Source: Thermoplasmata archaeon
GTDB lineage: Archaea > Thermoplasmatota > Thermoplasmata > Lutacidiplasmatales > UBA184
Length of the DNA: 64,000 bases
Reading direction: 5' to 3'
NCBI GenBank assembly: GCA_028864975.1
Contig: JAGWLG010000004.1
Coordinates: forward strand, 82,192 to 146,191
The notes under the pieces: model-generated
What the model saw: the letters and a program-made list of their open reading frames with translations, nothing else
Databases searched by the model: none
Told to the model about the DNA's origin: nothing
In this document: positions 28,222 through 37,388 of the stretch, one piece after another
Position numbering within the stretch: the first letter of the stretch is position 1
How the letters are laid out: every line of letters starts with the position of its first letter
Translations under genes and position numbers: made by a program

Positions 28222-29463
28222 ATGGGCACGGTTCCTCCGCTCTCCTATTCCGGGTTCTCTGCCTACGAGGAGTGCCCGCTCCGCTGGAAGTTCCGGTACA
28301 TCGACAAGTTGCCGGAGCTCCCCCGCGGTTACTTCTCCTTCGGTCGGTCCATCCACTCGGCGCTCGAGGAGTTCGTCGGCCCCCTCGCGAAGGCGGCGGG
28401 CGTCGGGATCGTCCCGGCGGGCGCGCCGGGCACGGTGCAGAGGACGCTCCGCGACTTCGACGCGAGGTCGGGGAAGGTCGAACCCGAGGAGGAGCGCACC
28501 CTCCCGCCACCCATGCCCCTCCCGGAGCTCCTGGAGATCTATCGACGTGTGTGGGTCTCGGACGGCTACCTCTCCCCGGAGGACGAGAAGCGCTACTTCG
28601 ACCTAGGCGCGGACCTCTTGCGGCGCTTCCATGCGCTCTTCTTGTCCGCGCCCCCATGCCCCATCGCCGTCGAGCAAGAGCTCGATGCGCAGCTGGACGG
28701 CATCCGCGTCCACGGCATCGTCGACCGGATCGACACGACGCCGAAGGGCGCTCTCGAGGTGTTGGATTACAAGACCTCGAAGGAGCTCTCCTGGCAGGAT
28801 GCCAAGGAGTCGGACCAACTGACCCTCTACCAGGTCCTCGTGGAGCGGAACTATTCCCGCCCCGTCGAGACCCTCACCCTCTACCACATGCGCACGCTCT
28901 CGCCGCTGCGCACCCCAGCCCGCGGCCCCGACGAGGTCTCGGAGCTCGCCTCCCGCATGGGGGAGGTCTCGGACGGCATCCGGGCCGAGGTCTACGACCC
29001 GCGGCCCGGGCCGTACTGCCAGCGGTGCGACTTCCGCGCGCGCTGCCCGGAGTGGAAAGAGGTCCCCGTGGAGGAGCGTGCCAGGGTCTTCGAGCTGGTC
29101 GAGCGATACGCCGAGCTACGCCGTCAGGGGGAAGGGCTGCGGCAGGAGATGGAGGCCGTCGCGAGCGAGCTCCACGAGATCTCGGAGCACCTGGGGGTCC
29201 ACCGGCTCTCTGGACGCAGCGGGACCGTCTACCGGCACAAAGAGACCCCCTGGGTCTTCCCGCCGGAGCAGGTCCTGCCCGTCCTCCAAGCGGCCGGCCT
29301 CCTCCCCCGCACGAGCCGGGTCGACGGCGAGCAGGTCGCTCGCCTCCTGCACGACTCGAAGGTCCCCCCCGAGGTGCGGCGCACGCTCCGGGAGAAAGGC
29401 TCGCGCCGGGCCGAGTGGGCCCTCCGGTTCGAACGCAACGGCGGTCGATACCGGGACAGCTAG
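28222..29463 (+). CDS. RecB/AddB/Cas4-like PD-(D/E)XK nuclease with 4Fe-4S cysteines
   Basis: LSYSGFSAYEECPLRWKF, GRSIHSALE, IVDRID..LDYKT, YCQRCDFRARC. Confidence 0.88.
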   Translation: MGTVPPLSYSGFSAYEECPLRWKFRYIDKLPELPRGYFSFGRSIHSALEEFVGPLAKAAGVGIVPAGAPGTVQRTLRDFDARSGKVEPEEERTLPPPMPLPELLEIYRRVWVSDGYLSPEDEKRYFDLGADLLRRFHALFLSAPPCPIAVEQELDAQLDGIRVHGIVDRIDTTPKGALEVLDYKTSKELSWQDAKESDQLTLYQVLVERNYSRPVETLTLYHMRTLSPLRTPARGPDEVSELASRMGEVSDGIRAEVYDPRPGPYCQRCDFRARCPEWKEVPVEERARVFELVERYAELRRQGEGLRQEMEAVASELHEISEHLGVHRLSGRSGTVYRHKETPWVFPPEQVLPVLQAAGLLPRTSRVDGEQVARLLHDSKVPPEVRRTLREKGSRRAEWALRFERNGGRYRDS

Positions 29464-29760
29464 CCGGGAGCCCCGTTCTCGGGGGCCTTCTGGAGGCGGG
29501 GTTCATGGAGGTGGCTTTCGGCCACTTCGAGCATAGCGAGGAGGGCGTCCCGGCCCGCGTCGGGGGCACGGCTCCGCCGTTGGCGAAGCTCAACGAATCG
29601 GACCTCCGGGGGCTTCGTGGGCCCCTCCCCCGACGGGTTCCTGGTGGTCCCCAAACGAGGGGAGACTCCTCCACCCATCCACCGACCTTCTCGCAGCAGT
29701 CCCAACGACCCTCGTCTACCCGGGCTGAAGGGTCCCGGGTCACCACCCAGAACGTTCAAG

Positions 29761-29789
29761 CATTGTCATTCCATTGACATTTCCATGAC
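29761..29789. promoter_or_regulatory. Operator overlapping the start of AbrB antitoxin 3
   Basis: TGTCA-N6-TGACA (29764-29779) plus a TGAC half-site 11 bp further on that overlaps ATG 29785. Confidence 0.5.
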
Positions 29790-29997
29790 GGAGTTCGACG
29801 CCACGGTCCGCAAGGTCGGCGACTCGATGGGGATCCTGATCCCGGCGAACATTCTGAAGCAACTCCACGCGCACCCGGGAACGAAGCTCCACATCGTCAT
29901 CCCGCAGAAGATCGACTGGTCGGGCTTCCGGGGGGAGTTCCACTCTACGAAGTCCACCGAGGAACTGATCCGCAGGGCCCGGACGGAGCGCGATTGA
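29785..29997 (+). CDS. AbrB/MazE/SpoVT family antitoxin
   Basis: ATVRKVGDSMGILIPANILKQLHAHPG. Confidence 0.88.
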   Translation: MTEFDATVRKVGDSMGILIPANILKQLHAHPGTKLHIVIPQKIDWSGFRGEFHSTKSTEELIRRARTERD

Positions 29998-30365
29998 GCG
30001 TCTTCCTCGATTCGTACGCCATCCTCGAGATGGCGAGAGGCAACCCCCGGTACGACCCGATCGAAGCCGAGTCCGTGGTTACCTCCGTATGGGACCTCTT
30101 GGAGGCGTACTACATCCTCGCCCAAGCCGGAGAGGGGGGGCTCGCGGAGCGGGCGCTCCAGAAGCTCGCCCAGGTATCGTTCGAGGTCCCGGTCGACCTC
30201 GTCCCCGAGATCGCGAAGTTCCGTCTCGAGAGGAAGGGGACCACCGGGCGACGCTTTTCCTACGCCGACGCCGCGGGCTACGTCTTCGCACGGGACCGCG
30301 GGCTCGAGTTCGTCACGGGAGCCCACGAGTTCGAGGGGTTCCAAGGGGTTCGGTTCCTGCGCTAG
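29994..30365 (+). CDS. vapC: PIN-domain VapC toxin
   Basis: FLDSYAILE, LLEAYY, FSYADA, FVTGAHEF (usual TGD aspartate is Ala); TTGA overlap with the antitoxin stop. Confidence 0.85.
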   Translation: MSVFLDSYAILEMARGNPRYDPIEAESVVTSVWDLLEAYYILAQAGEGGLAERALQKLAQVSFEVPVDLVPEIAKFRLERKGTTGRRFSYADAAGYVFARDRGLEFVTGAHEFEGFQGVRFLR

Positions 30366-30515
30366 ATCAGCGATCGCGAGGTCTCGGCGTCTGACGTGGG
30401 GGCCACGAGCGAGCTTTCGAGTCGGGACGGCAGGCCGCCCCTCCAAACCCCCAGCGGCCCCACCAGAACCCTATGGACCGCATGGTTGCAGTTTCTTGAA
30501 CTAGTCTCATAGGTT

Positions 30516-31175
30516 GTGTCCAGAATGGTGGGAATGCGTGCGCATGAGGAGAGGCATCATGCAACGAGCGTAGGTGCAGCCGGTAATGCGGGAGGTGAAT
30601 CCGGTCTGTCCAATCCTCAAGAATCCAGCTTACCCACAAGGCGAAAGCGGAAGTTGTTGGGGCCGGAAGTACGTTTGCTGAAGTCTCTTGAGCCAGCGGA
30701 TTGGGCGGTAGCCTCCATCCTGATCTTCCTGGCAATTACGATGGGCACGCTCCTCCTCCTGAGCTCAAGTCTCTCTTGGCTCAGCCGGTCCGTTTCTCCG
30801 ATTCGCGCTGCCTGGTCTCTGACGGTCTTGCTGCTCCTTGTTGGGGGTCTTGCCATCGGTTGGAGCGGTCGCGCGCGCTCTAGACTCATCGGAAGAGCCC
30901 TCGCGGACGGGTCAGCAGTTGAGTACGGGGCGACAGCAATTCTCTACAGGGTCCGTGGGTCTCCCAGCTTGGTCCTCAAGATTGGCGAATTCGGGTGGAA
31001 CTTGGGGCCCCACACCGCGCTGGCGCTTACTAGGGCTGCCGGGCACCGTTTGAATCGCTCTGCCCTGGTATTGGCCGGAATAGAACCCAATAGCCCTTGG
31101 CGGTGGGGATTCTGGGTGCTATCCGTAGATGGGACGACACTTCCAAGTGTGATTGGGATTGACCGTGTCCGCTGA
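30516..31175 (+). CDS. Hypothetical two-TM membrane protein, lower GC than flanks
   Basis: 219-aa ORF with two clear hydrophobic helices; many A/T-ending codons. Confidence 0.5.
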   Translation: MSRMVGMRAHEERHHATSVGAAGNAGGESGLSNPQESSLPTRRKRKLLGPEVRLLKSLEPADWAVASILIFLAITMGTLLLLSSSLSWLSRSVSPIRAAWSLTVLLLLVGGLAIGWSGRARSRLIGRALADGSAVEYGATAILYRVRGSPSLVLKIGEFGWNLGPHTALALTRAAGHRLNRSALVLAGIEPNSPWRWGFWVLSVDGTTLPSVIGIDRVR

Positions 31176-31367
31176 CCCACCGGACGTCCTTCCCAGAGGA
31201 CTCTTCTACCAGGTGACTCAATGTGTTCTGGGTACGGACCAGACCCACCCGTTTGACCAGGTGGGCCAGTGCACGATCAGGGTCTTCGTGTGCGATTGCA
31301 ACCGGGCTCGTGTCACCCAGAGTGCGGTGAGCGTGGAAACCGAAGGGACCTTCGTGGTCCCCGCGGG

Positions 31368-31410
31368 GCGCCCTCCTCCTCTTGGTGGGGGCGCCTCCGG
31401 TCACGGATTC
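31368..31410 (+). repeat. Repeat R4 (degenerate copy of R0-R3)
   Basis: GCGCCCTCCTCCTCTTGGTGGGGGCGCCTCCGGTCACGGATTC aligns to the R1 leader, CGC loop and TCACGGAT.C end. Confidence 0.6.
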
Positions 31411-31482
31411 GGTTTACCTCCTCGAGATGCGTCTCAGGCCAGGAGCTGGGTCCGAGGCGAGGTTCGCGAGAGAGATCTCGAA

Positions 31483-32061
31483 CTATGCGGGTGGCGCGGA
31501 AGAAAGGTAGCTGAGGTCGACGTAGAGCTCGACCGTCGAGTTGCTCGGGTTCGTCCAGAGGAACGCATACCAGTCGGTGTACGCGGCCGTGAAGGTGACG
31601 GGAGAGGCCCCCGTCGGGTGCATCGGGTAGAGGTTCTGGGACATTCGCTCGCTCCAGTTCCCGTTCCCGGAAGGGAGCACATCGAACGCCACCGCCTGGC
31701 CGTGGGGCGAGGCTACCGTGAAGTTCCCCGCGACCACGTCGTCACCGTCCACCCGACCCGAGAGGCCGGTCGTGTTGTGCGGGGCGATCGAGAGCCACTT
31801 CGCGACCGTCAGGGGGTCGGGGGCGGGCTGGGCCGTGTTGGTGATCTCCGGCAGGATCACCGCGGTCACGAGACCTAGCATGCCGACGATCATGACGAGC
31901 CGCATCGCGTTGTAGTAGAATCCCCGTCGTCCCGGGGTGGAAAGGGCCCAGAGGAAGGCCCCGTGGAGCGGACGCAGCGGCCGGGGAAGCGACCCCGCGT
32001 CTGCGGCCGGCGGCGGCGCGGGTTGCGCTCCCTGAGCGGGAGGGAGGGTCTCGTCCCCCAT
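31483..32061 (-). CDS. Hypothetical single-pass membrane protein with beta-rich extracellular domain
   Basis: TM MRLVMIVGMLGLVTAVIL; C-terminal AGNFTV..WYAFLWTN..VELYVDLSY pattern. Confidence 0.7.
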   Translation of the reverse strand: MGDETLPPAQGAQPAPPPAADAGSLPRPLRPLHGAFLWALSTPGRRGFYYNAMRLVMIVGMLGLVTAVILPEITNTAQPAPDPLTVAKWLSIAPHNTTGLSGRVDGDDVVAGNFTVASPHGQAVAFDVLPSGNGNWSERMSQNLYPMHPTGASPVTFTAAYTDWYAFLWTNPSNSTVELYVDLSYLSSAPPA

Positions 32062-32136
32062 CGCCCCTCGGGGGGAAGCCCCCTGTAAGAGGTTTGCTGG
32101 CGGGCTCGATCGCACGGCCTTGGAGTGCCATGCAGG

Positions 32137-32751
32137 TCAGACGTAGAGGGAGCACCCGTAGCAGTAGTGGCGCTGGTACTGCGGGATCCACGTTGCCGTC
32201 TTCCCGCAGCGAAGGCACGCAGGAGCGGACGCGTGCGGTGGAGGCGAAGCCATGAGCACCGGGGCCGAGGGCAGCGGGGCCGCCATGGGAGTTGCCGGGA
32301 CCATGACGTACCCGGGTGGGGGGGCGTAGGCGTAGCCCGGATGGGCGAACATCATGACCGGGACCATCGGTCGGGTCCGCTCCTGGATCGCATCGTCGAG
32401 CTTGCCGTAGGCGAGCAGGTAGAAGATCCCCGGGAGGAGGCCGAAGAAGATCCCGAGGATCCCCAGGAGCAGCGTCACGCCCCTGGCCCCCTCGTAGTTG
32501 CCGCGCTTCGTGCGCGAATAGCTCCACTCCCAGGCCGCGAAGAGCATGAAGACGATCACGGCCACGATGAGCCCCCCGATGACCCAGAAGCCGGAGCTCA
32601 CGACCCCTAGGACCCCGAAGAAGACGAACACAAACAAGAGGAAGCCCAGCGAGGAGAGGATCTGACAGATGAGCCCGATGAGGATGTAGGTCTCGGCCTC
32701 CCCTCCGGCGAGGTTCTTCGTGGCGATGGGGAGGGCCGGCTGGGCGTACAC
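32137..32751 (-). CDS. Hypothetical membrane protein with Pro-rich linker and C-terminal zinc finger
   Basis: Three to four TM helices, then PACLRCGKTATWIPQYQRHYCYGC. Confidence 0.75.
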   Translation of the reverse strand: MYAQPALPIATKNLAGGEAETYILIGLICQILSSLGFLLFVFVFFGVLGVVSSGFWVIGGLIVAVIVFMLFAAWEWSYSRTKRGNYEGARGVTLLLGILGIFFGLLPGIFYLLAYGKLDDAIQERTRPMVPVMMFAHPGYAYAPPPGYVMVPATPMAAPLPSAPVLMASPPPHASAPACLRCGKTATWIPQYQRHYCYGCSLYV

Positions 32752-32918
32752 GACATCTCATGATAGGGGTCGGACCATAACCGTTGGCCTCGCGGCCCTG
32801 GAGCATCGTGAGCGTCGTGGCGCAGCGCCATCGACCTCACCCGGTCCATATGGCCCCTCACACCGCCACCGAGGGGCGCGGCGCAGCGCCGGTGGGAAGC
32901 TCGAGCGTTCCGAGGCGG

Positions 32919-33833
32919 TCAGTAATGCCCCGAGAAGTTCGCCAGCACCTCGCTCGCGAAGTTCTGGTCCTCGAAGTAGCTCACCTTTCCAGGGGTGTAG
33001 GAGTCCAATTGCGGGATGTGGAGGTCGGGGAAGAGGTAGGCATGGTCGTAGGCGACCGACTCCGCCGAGGGGGCGTCGACGAGGCCATCGTTGGCGTGGC
33101 CCGAGAAATAGGCCATCGCCCAGTAGGGGTTCGCGTACCCGACATAGGTGAGCCACTCGGTCGAGGGATAGTTCGCTCGAGCGTTCGGCACCCACGCGTG
33201 CAGCTCCGTGAGGAAGGCCGACCCCTGGGACATCTCGGCGGCCTGGTAACCGCTCAGGTTGAGCCAGGGGGTGAGGTAGGTCACCGGGGCTCCGTCAAGG
33301 GGGGAGCCCAACCAGATCACGTTCTTGAGGGTGACGCCGGTGAGGCGAGTGTGCTCGAGCATGTACTCGGTGACGAGGCCTCCCATGCTGTGCCCGAGGA
33401 TGTCGACGGTCGCCGCCGTGTGGGCGAAGGCCCGGGTCAGCATCTTCGCGAGCTCCATCGAGATGGTCTCGATAGGAACGGCAGTCGTCCCGTAGTACGA
33501 CGGGTCCGAGTACGTCGTCCCGTTGCTGAAGGCCAGCGTGAAGGTCCCGTAGTAGGTCACAACGCCGACGATGTAGCCCGCGTTGACGAGCTGCTGGTAG
33601 AGGTTGACACCGTAGGTCCAGACCACGGTCGCGGGCGTGGTGCTCGGGTCGTACCCGTGCACGAGGATGACGTAGGTCGGGGAAGGGAGCGCGTGGTGCG
33701 GAGGGGGCCCTGAGAGCAGCGCTCCGGAGGTCGGAAGGAACGGGACCGACCCTAGGAGCATCCCTGCCACGGCGATGGCCCCTAGGAGGGCGGCGAACGC
33801 CGGGGGCGCGAGCGGGCTTCCTCCTGAGGGCAT
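32919..33833 (-). CDS. Secreted alpha/beta hydrolase (lipase/esterase family)
   Basis: Signal peptide, ILVHGY oxyanion motif, nucleophile elbow GHSMGG, WLGSPLDG, NDGLV, C-terminal His. Confidence 0.88.
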   Translation of the reverse strand: MPSGGSPLAPPAFAALLGAIAVAGMLLGSVPFLPTSGALLSGPPPHHALPSPTYVILVHGYDPSTTPATVVWTYGVNLYQQLVNAGYIVGVVTYYGTFTLAFSNGTTYSDPSYYGTTAVPIETISMELAKMLTRAFAHTAATVDILGHSMGGLVTEYMLEHTRLTGVTLKNVIWLGSPLDGAPVTYLTPWLNLSGYQAAEMSQGSAFLTELHAWVPNARANYPSTEWLTYVGYANPYWAMAYFSGHANDGLVDAPSAESVAYDHAYLFPDLHIPQLDSYTPGKVSYFEDQNFASEVLANFSGHY

Positions 33834-33963
33834 GGACGGACGAGCCGAGATGGGCTATTTCGTCCTTTGTTCAACGCGGACGGCCTGGAGGGCCGTTGCC
33901 GAAGGACTTCGAGGAAGGTCCGCGAGTGGCAAAGGCAAATATCCCTCGGCGATTGGAGCCGTA

Positions 33964-35034
33964 ATGGGAGCGCCTCGCCTCGCGTCGGACAAGGTCCTGG
34001 AGCCCCTCAAGGGGCGCGACCCGACCATCGCCACCATCTGCTCTCACTCCTCGCTCCAGATCTTCCACGGGGCGCGTCTCGAGGGGTTCCGGACCCTAGG
34101 GATCGCCCGGGGCCGCCCCCCCCGGTTCTACGACGCCTTCCCGCTCGCCAAGCCCGACCTCTTCTTGGCGCTGCCCAAGGTGGCGGAGATCGGCGAGCAT
34201 GCCGAACGTCTCCGAAAGGAAGGGGCGGTCCTGGTCCCGACGGGGTCGTTCGTCGAGTATGTGGGACCCGAACGCTTCTCGAAGCTCCCGGTGCCGGTCT
34301 TCGGCAACCGCAAGGTCATGGAGTGGGAGTCGGACCGGGAAAAGGAGCGCCTCTGGCTCGAAGGGGCCGGGGTGCGAATGCCGCGGAAGTTCACGGACCC
34401 CTCAGAGATCGATGGGCCGGTGATCGTGAAGTACTATGGGGCGAAGGGCGGACGCGGGTTCATCCTGGCCAAGAACCGACGGGAGCTCGAGAGCCACAAG
34501 ATCGACGAGCCCCACGTCATCCAGGAGTACGTCATCGGGACGCGCTACTACATCCACTTCTTCTACTCCCCCCTGAACGACCGCGGGTACCGTGTGGGGG
34601 ACGGGTCCCTCGAGCTCCTGGGGATGGACCGAAGGGACGAGGCGAACATCGACGAGCTCTACAAGCTCGGGAGCCAGGAGGAGCTTCTTCGGGCAGGGAT
34701 CCACCCGACCTTCGTGGTCACGGGGAACGTCCCCGTGGTCATCCGGGAGTCGCTCCTTCCGGAGGTCTTCGAGATCGGCGAGAAGATCGTCGAGCGCTCG
34801 ATCGACCTCTTCGGAGGGATGGTGGGGCCCTTCTGCGTGGAGGGCATCATGACGGAGAAGCTCGAGTTCTACGTCTTCGAGATCTCCACGCGCATCGTCG
34901 CCGGGACGAACGTCTACATCAACGGCTCGCCCTATTCCGACATGGTCGCCCCTGGGCTCTCAACGGGCCGGAGGATCGCGATCGAGCTCAAGCGAGCGAT
35001 CTCCGAGGGGCGGCTGGCCGAGGTCCTGAGCTGA
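33964..35034 (+). CDS. purP: Formate-phosphoribosylaminoimidazolecarboxamide ligase (ATP-grasp PurP)
   Basis: IATICSHSSLQIFHGA, PTGSFVEY, VKYYGAKGGRG, TGNVPVVIRESLL, FEISTRIVAGTN. Confidence 0.93.
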   Translation: MGAPRLASDKVLEPLKGRDPTIATICSHSSLQIFHGARLEGFRTLGIARGRPPRFYDAFPLAKPDLFLALPKVAEIGEHAERLRKEGAVLVPTGSFVEYVGPERFSKLPVPVFGNRKVMEWESDREKERLWLEGAGVRMPRKFTDPSEIDGPVIVKYYGAKGGRGFILAKNRRELESHKIDEPHVIQEYVIGTRYYIHFFYSPLNDRGYRVGDGSLELLGMDRRDEANIDELYKLGSQEELLRAGIHPTFVVTGNVPVVIRESLLPEVFEIGEKIVERSIDLFGGMVGPFCVEGIMTEKLEFYVFEISTRIVAGTNVYINGSPYSDMVAPGLSTGRRIAIELKRAISEGRLAEVLS

Positions 35035-35114
35035 GGCGCCCCGCCCTGGGCGGCGCGGCCCGCCGAGGCCCGGCGGGCTCCCCTTAAGTTCGGAGTGGGG
35101 TGGGAACGGGCGCC

Positions 35115-36062
35115 ATGACGGAGGTCCTCGTCGCTCGGAAGCTCGGCCGACGCTACCGGTGGCGAGGAGGGTCGAACCAAGCGCTCCTCGACGTGGACCT
35201 CTCGGTCCCGAAGGGGGTCGTCCTGGGGCTCCTGGGGAGGAACGGCGCGGGGAAGACCACGTTCGTCCGGATCGCCGCCACGTCGCTGATGCCGACGAGC
35301 GGGTCCCTCGAGGTCTTCGGGCACGATGTGGTGCGCGAGGCGGATGCGGTCCGCGAACGTATCGCGGTGATCCCCCAGGAGTCGCGCCCGTTCTACTGGA
35401 TGAGCCCGACGGAGCTCGTGGCGTACTACCTGCGGATGCGCGGTGAGAGCACCGGCGCGGCCCTACGCCAGGCCAAGGAGACCCTCGAAGAGCTCGAGCT
35501 CACGAGGTGGAAGGACACCCAGGTGAACCGCTTGAGCGGCGGGCTTCGGCGGCGGGTCATGGTGGCCATGGTCATGGCCTCGGACGCCGAGTTCCTGTTC
35601 CTCGACGAGCCGACCACCGGGCTCGACCCGCTCGCCCGTCGCAGCGTCTGGGCCGCGATCCGGAAGGCCGCCAAGGCGAACCGTACCGTCCTCCTCACGA
35701 CGCACTACCTGGACGAGGCCGAGGCGCTCTCCGACCGCCTCGCCATCCTCGAGAGCGGCCGCCTCCTGGCGAGCGGAACTCCGAGGGAGATCGCCGCACG
35801 GGTCCGACACCCCTACCGTGTGACGCTCGAGGGCGGCTTCTCGGAGAAGGAGCTTCGCGCCCTGGGCCAGGTCACCCAGGTCGGGGCGAAGACCTTGCTC
35901 TTCACGGGAGAGCAGGAGGCGAGGGAGCTCGCGCGGGTCTCGCTCGAGAAGGGGACACGGATCTCCATGGGGCCCGTGAGCCTGGAGGACCTCTTCGTTC
36001 AGATCGTCGGAAAGGAGATCTCCGAGGAGGACGAGGAGGTGGAGGCGAGCCATGCCGCGTGA
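35115..36062 (+). CDS. ABC-2 type exporter ATP-binding protein
   Basis: GRNGAGKT, LSGG, LFLDEPTTGLD, LTTHYLDEAE. Confidence 0.95.
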   Translation: MTEVLVARKLGRRYRWRGGSNQALLDVDLSVPKGVVLGLLGRNGAGKTTFVRIAATSLMPTSGSLEVFGHDVVREADAVRERIAVIPQESRPFYWMSPTELVAYYLRMRGESTGAALRQAKETLEELELTRWKDTQVNRLSGGLRRRVMVAMVMASDAEFLFLDEPTTGLDPLARRSVWAAIRKAAKANRTVLLTTHYLDEAEALSDRLAILESGRLLASGTPREIAARVRHPYRVTLEGGFSEKELRALGQVTQVGAKTLLFTGEQEARELARVSLEKGTRISMGPVSLEDLFVQIVGKEISEEDEEVEASHAA

Positions 36063-36801
36063 ACGCCTGCGCGCGATCTGGGCCTTGGTCTCGCTGAACG
36101 GGCTGCTCCCGCTCCGCCGGCAACCGCTGTTCCTGCTCAACACGCTCACGAGCCCGTTCTCCTTCCTCTTCCTCATCTACGTGGTCTCGGGGGGGAAGCT
36201 CGTCGCGGATGCCGTAGAAGGGGGCATGGTCCTGACGGTCCTCTCGATCGGGACCTCGCTCCAGACCGATCTCACGCACTACAAGCAGGACCTGAAGTTC
36301 CACGAGATGGCGGTCGCTTCACCCGTCTCGGCGGGCACCTACGTGGTGGGCCTCGCGTTGAGCGAGTTCGTCTACTCCCTCCCGGGGATGGTCATCTTCG
36401 TGATCCTCTCGTTCTTCTATGCCCACTACATCTTCCTCGGAGGCCTCATCGTCTTCGGGACCCTCATCCTCATCTGGATCTTCGCGAGTTCGCTGGGGTT
36501 CACGCTCGCTACGTACCTCGCCGACGTTCGCGAGACCTTCGCGGTGTCGCCGCTGATCTCGATCGGTCTTACGGTCATCCCTCCCGTGTACTACCCGATG
36601 AGCGCTCTCGCTCCCTGGCCCTGGTTGCAGGTCGCCGCCCAGATCGCCCCCACCACCTGGGCGGCGAACCTGGTCAAGGGGGCGATGGGCCTGGCCCCGC
36701 TCTCGTTCGCCGGAGGGGTCGAGGCGGTGCTCATCCTCCTGGCCTCGGCGGGACTGCTGTTCCTGACCGCGTGGAAGAAGGCCCAGTGGCGAGAGAGCTG
36801 A
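36052..36801 (+). CDS. ABC-2 type exporter permease
   Basis: Six TM helices, PPVYYP and IAPTT motifs; overlaps the ATPase gene. Confidence 0.9.
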   Translation: MPRERLRAIWALVSLNGLLPLRRQPLFLLNTLTSPFSFLFLIYVVSGGKLVADAVEGGMVLTVLSIGTSLQTDLTHYKQDLKFHEMAVASPVSAGTYVVGLALSEFVYSLPGMVIFVILSFFYAHYIFLGGLIVFGTLILIWIFASSLGFTLATYLADVRETFAVSPLISIGLTVIPPVYYPMSALAPWPWLQVAAQIAPTTWAANLVKGAMGLAPLSFAGGVEAVLILLASAGLLFLTAWKKAQWRES

Positions 36802-37037
36802 CGCGCTCTTCCTCTGCGGAGCTTGCGCGTTGTCCGCGGAACGACTCTTTTCCCTCAGGTCCGGCCGCGTTCGGGTCCCTTTCCGCTCTCGGAGCGGACC
36901 GCCGGCGGACCTCGTTCTCGAGGTGCGCGCGTCATGCTTCGACGCATCAATTCGCGTGCAAAAGTCCGGAGTTGGAGTCCCAAGTCCGGGAGCAGGTCGG
37001 CAGCCTTATCTTGCTGCAGGCTGCTCCGAACCTTCGA

Positions 37038-37277
37038 ATGCTTGTGGACGCCGACATCCGCATGTTCTCTGCCACCGAGGAGAAGTTCCAGCACTGTCTC
37101 TCGTGCGGCAAGGACCTGGTGGTCCTTCCCGAGGACCGGCGCCACGGGCTCTGTTTCGATTGCCTCTCACCGCTCGGACCGCTTTCGGCGAACTGCACGA
37201 ACTGCGGGTACTGGCTCGAGGCGGATGTGCGGCCGGTCCCCTGTCCCCGCTGCGGGACTTCGGTCTCAGCCTGGTGA
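37038..37277 (+). CDS. Small multi-CxxC zinc-finger protein
   Basis: CLSC, CFDC, CTNC, CPRC in ~79 aa; CCTTATCT box ~30 bp upstream. Confidence 0.7.
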   Translation: MLVDADIRMFSATEEKFQHCLSCGKDLVVLPEDRRHGLCFDCLSPLGPLSANCTNCGYWLEADVRPVPCPRCGTSVSAW

Positions 37278-37388
37278 GCGTCGAGGGCCGCGCCCCCCTC
37301 GGAAAGGAATCTCTCCCGCCCCTGCGACCGTAGCGTCGCGGTCGTCCTGAGCTCACCTCCACGCCGGCCCCTCGAGAGGCTTCATCCC

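Noticed and set aside
28222-29463. Cas4 as part of a CRISPR or casposon locus
   Set aside because: No cas1, array or terminal inverted repeats nearby.
29463-29760. Small ORFs or a left-hand repeat copy before AbrB3
   Set aside because: Only a generic GAGGTGGC/GCCACTTC hairpin and partial leader matches; geometry does not fit.
31030-31404. Minus-strand 124-aa ORF with a strong GAGGAGGT SD
   Set aside because: Overlaps the low-GC membrane ORF antisense, has no motif, and its SD lies next to repeat R4; unsupported.
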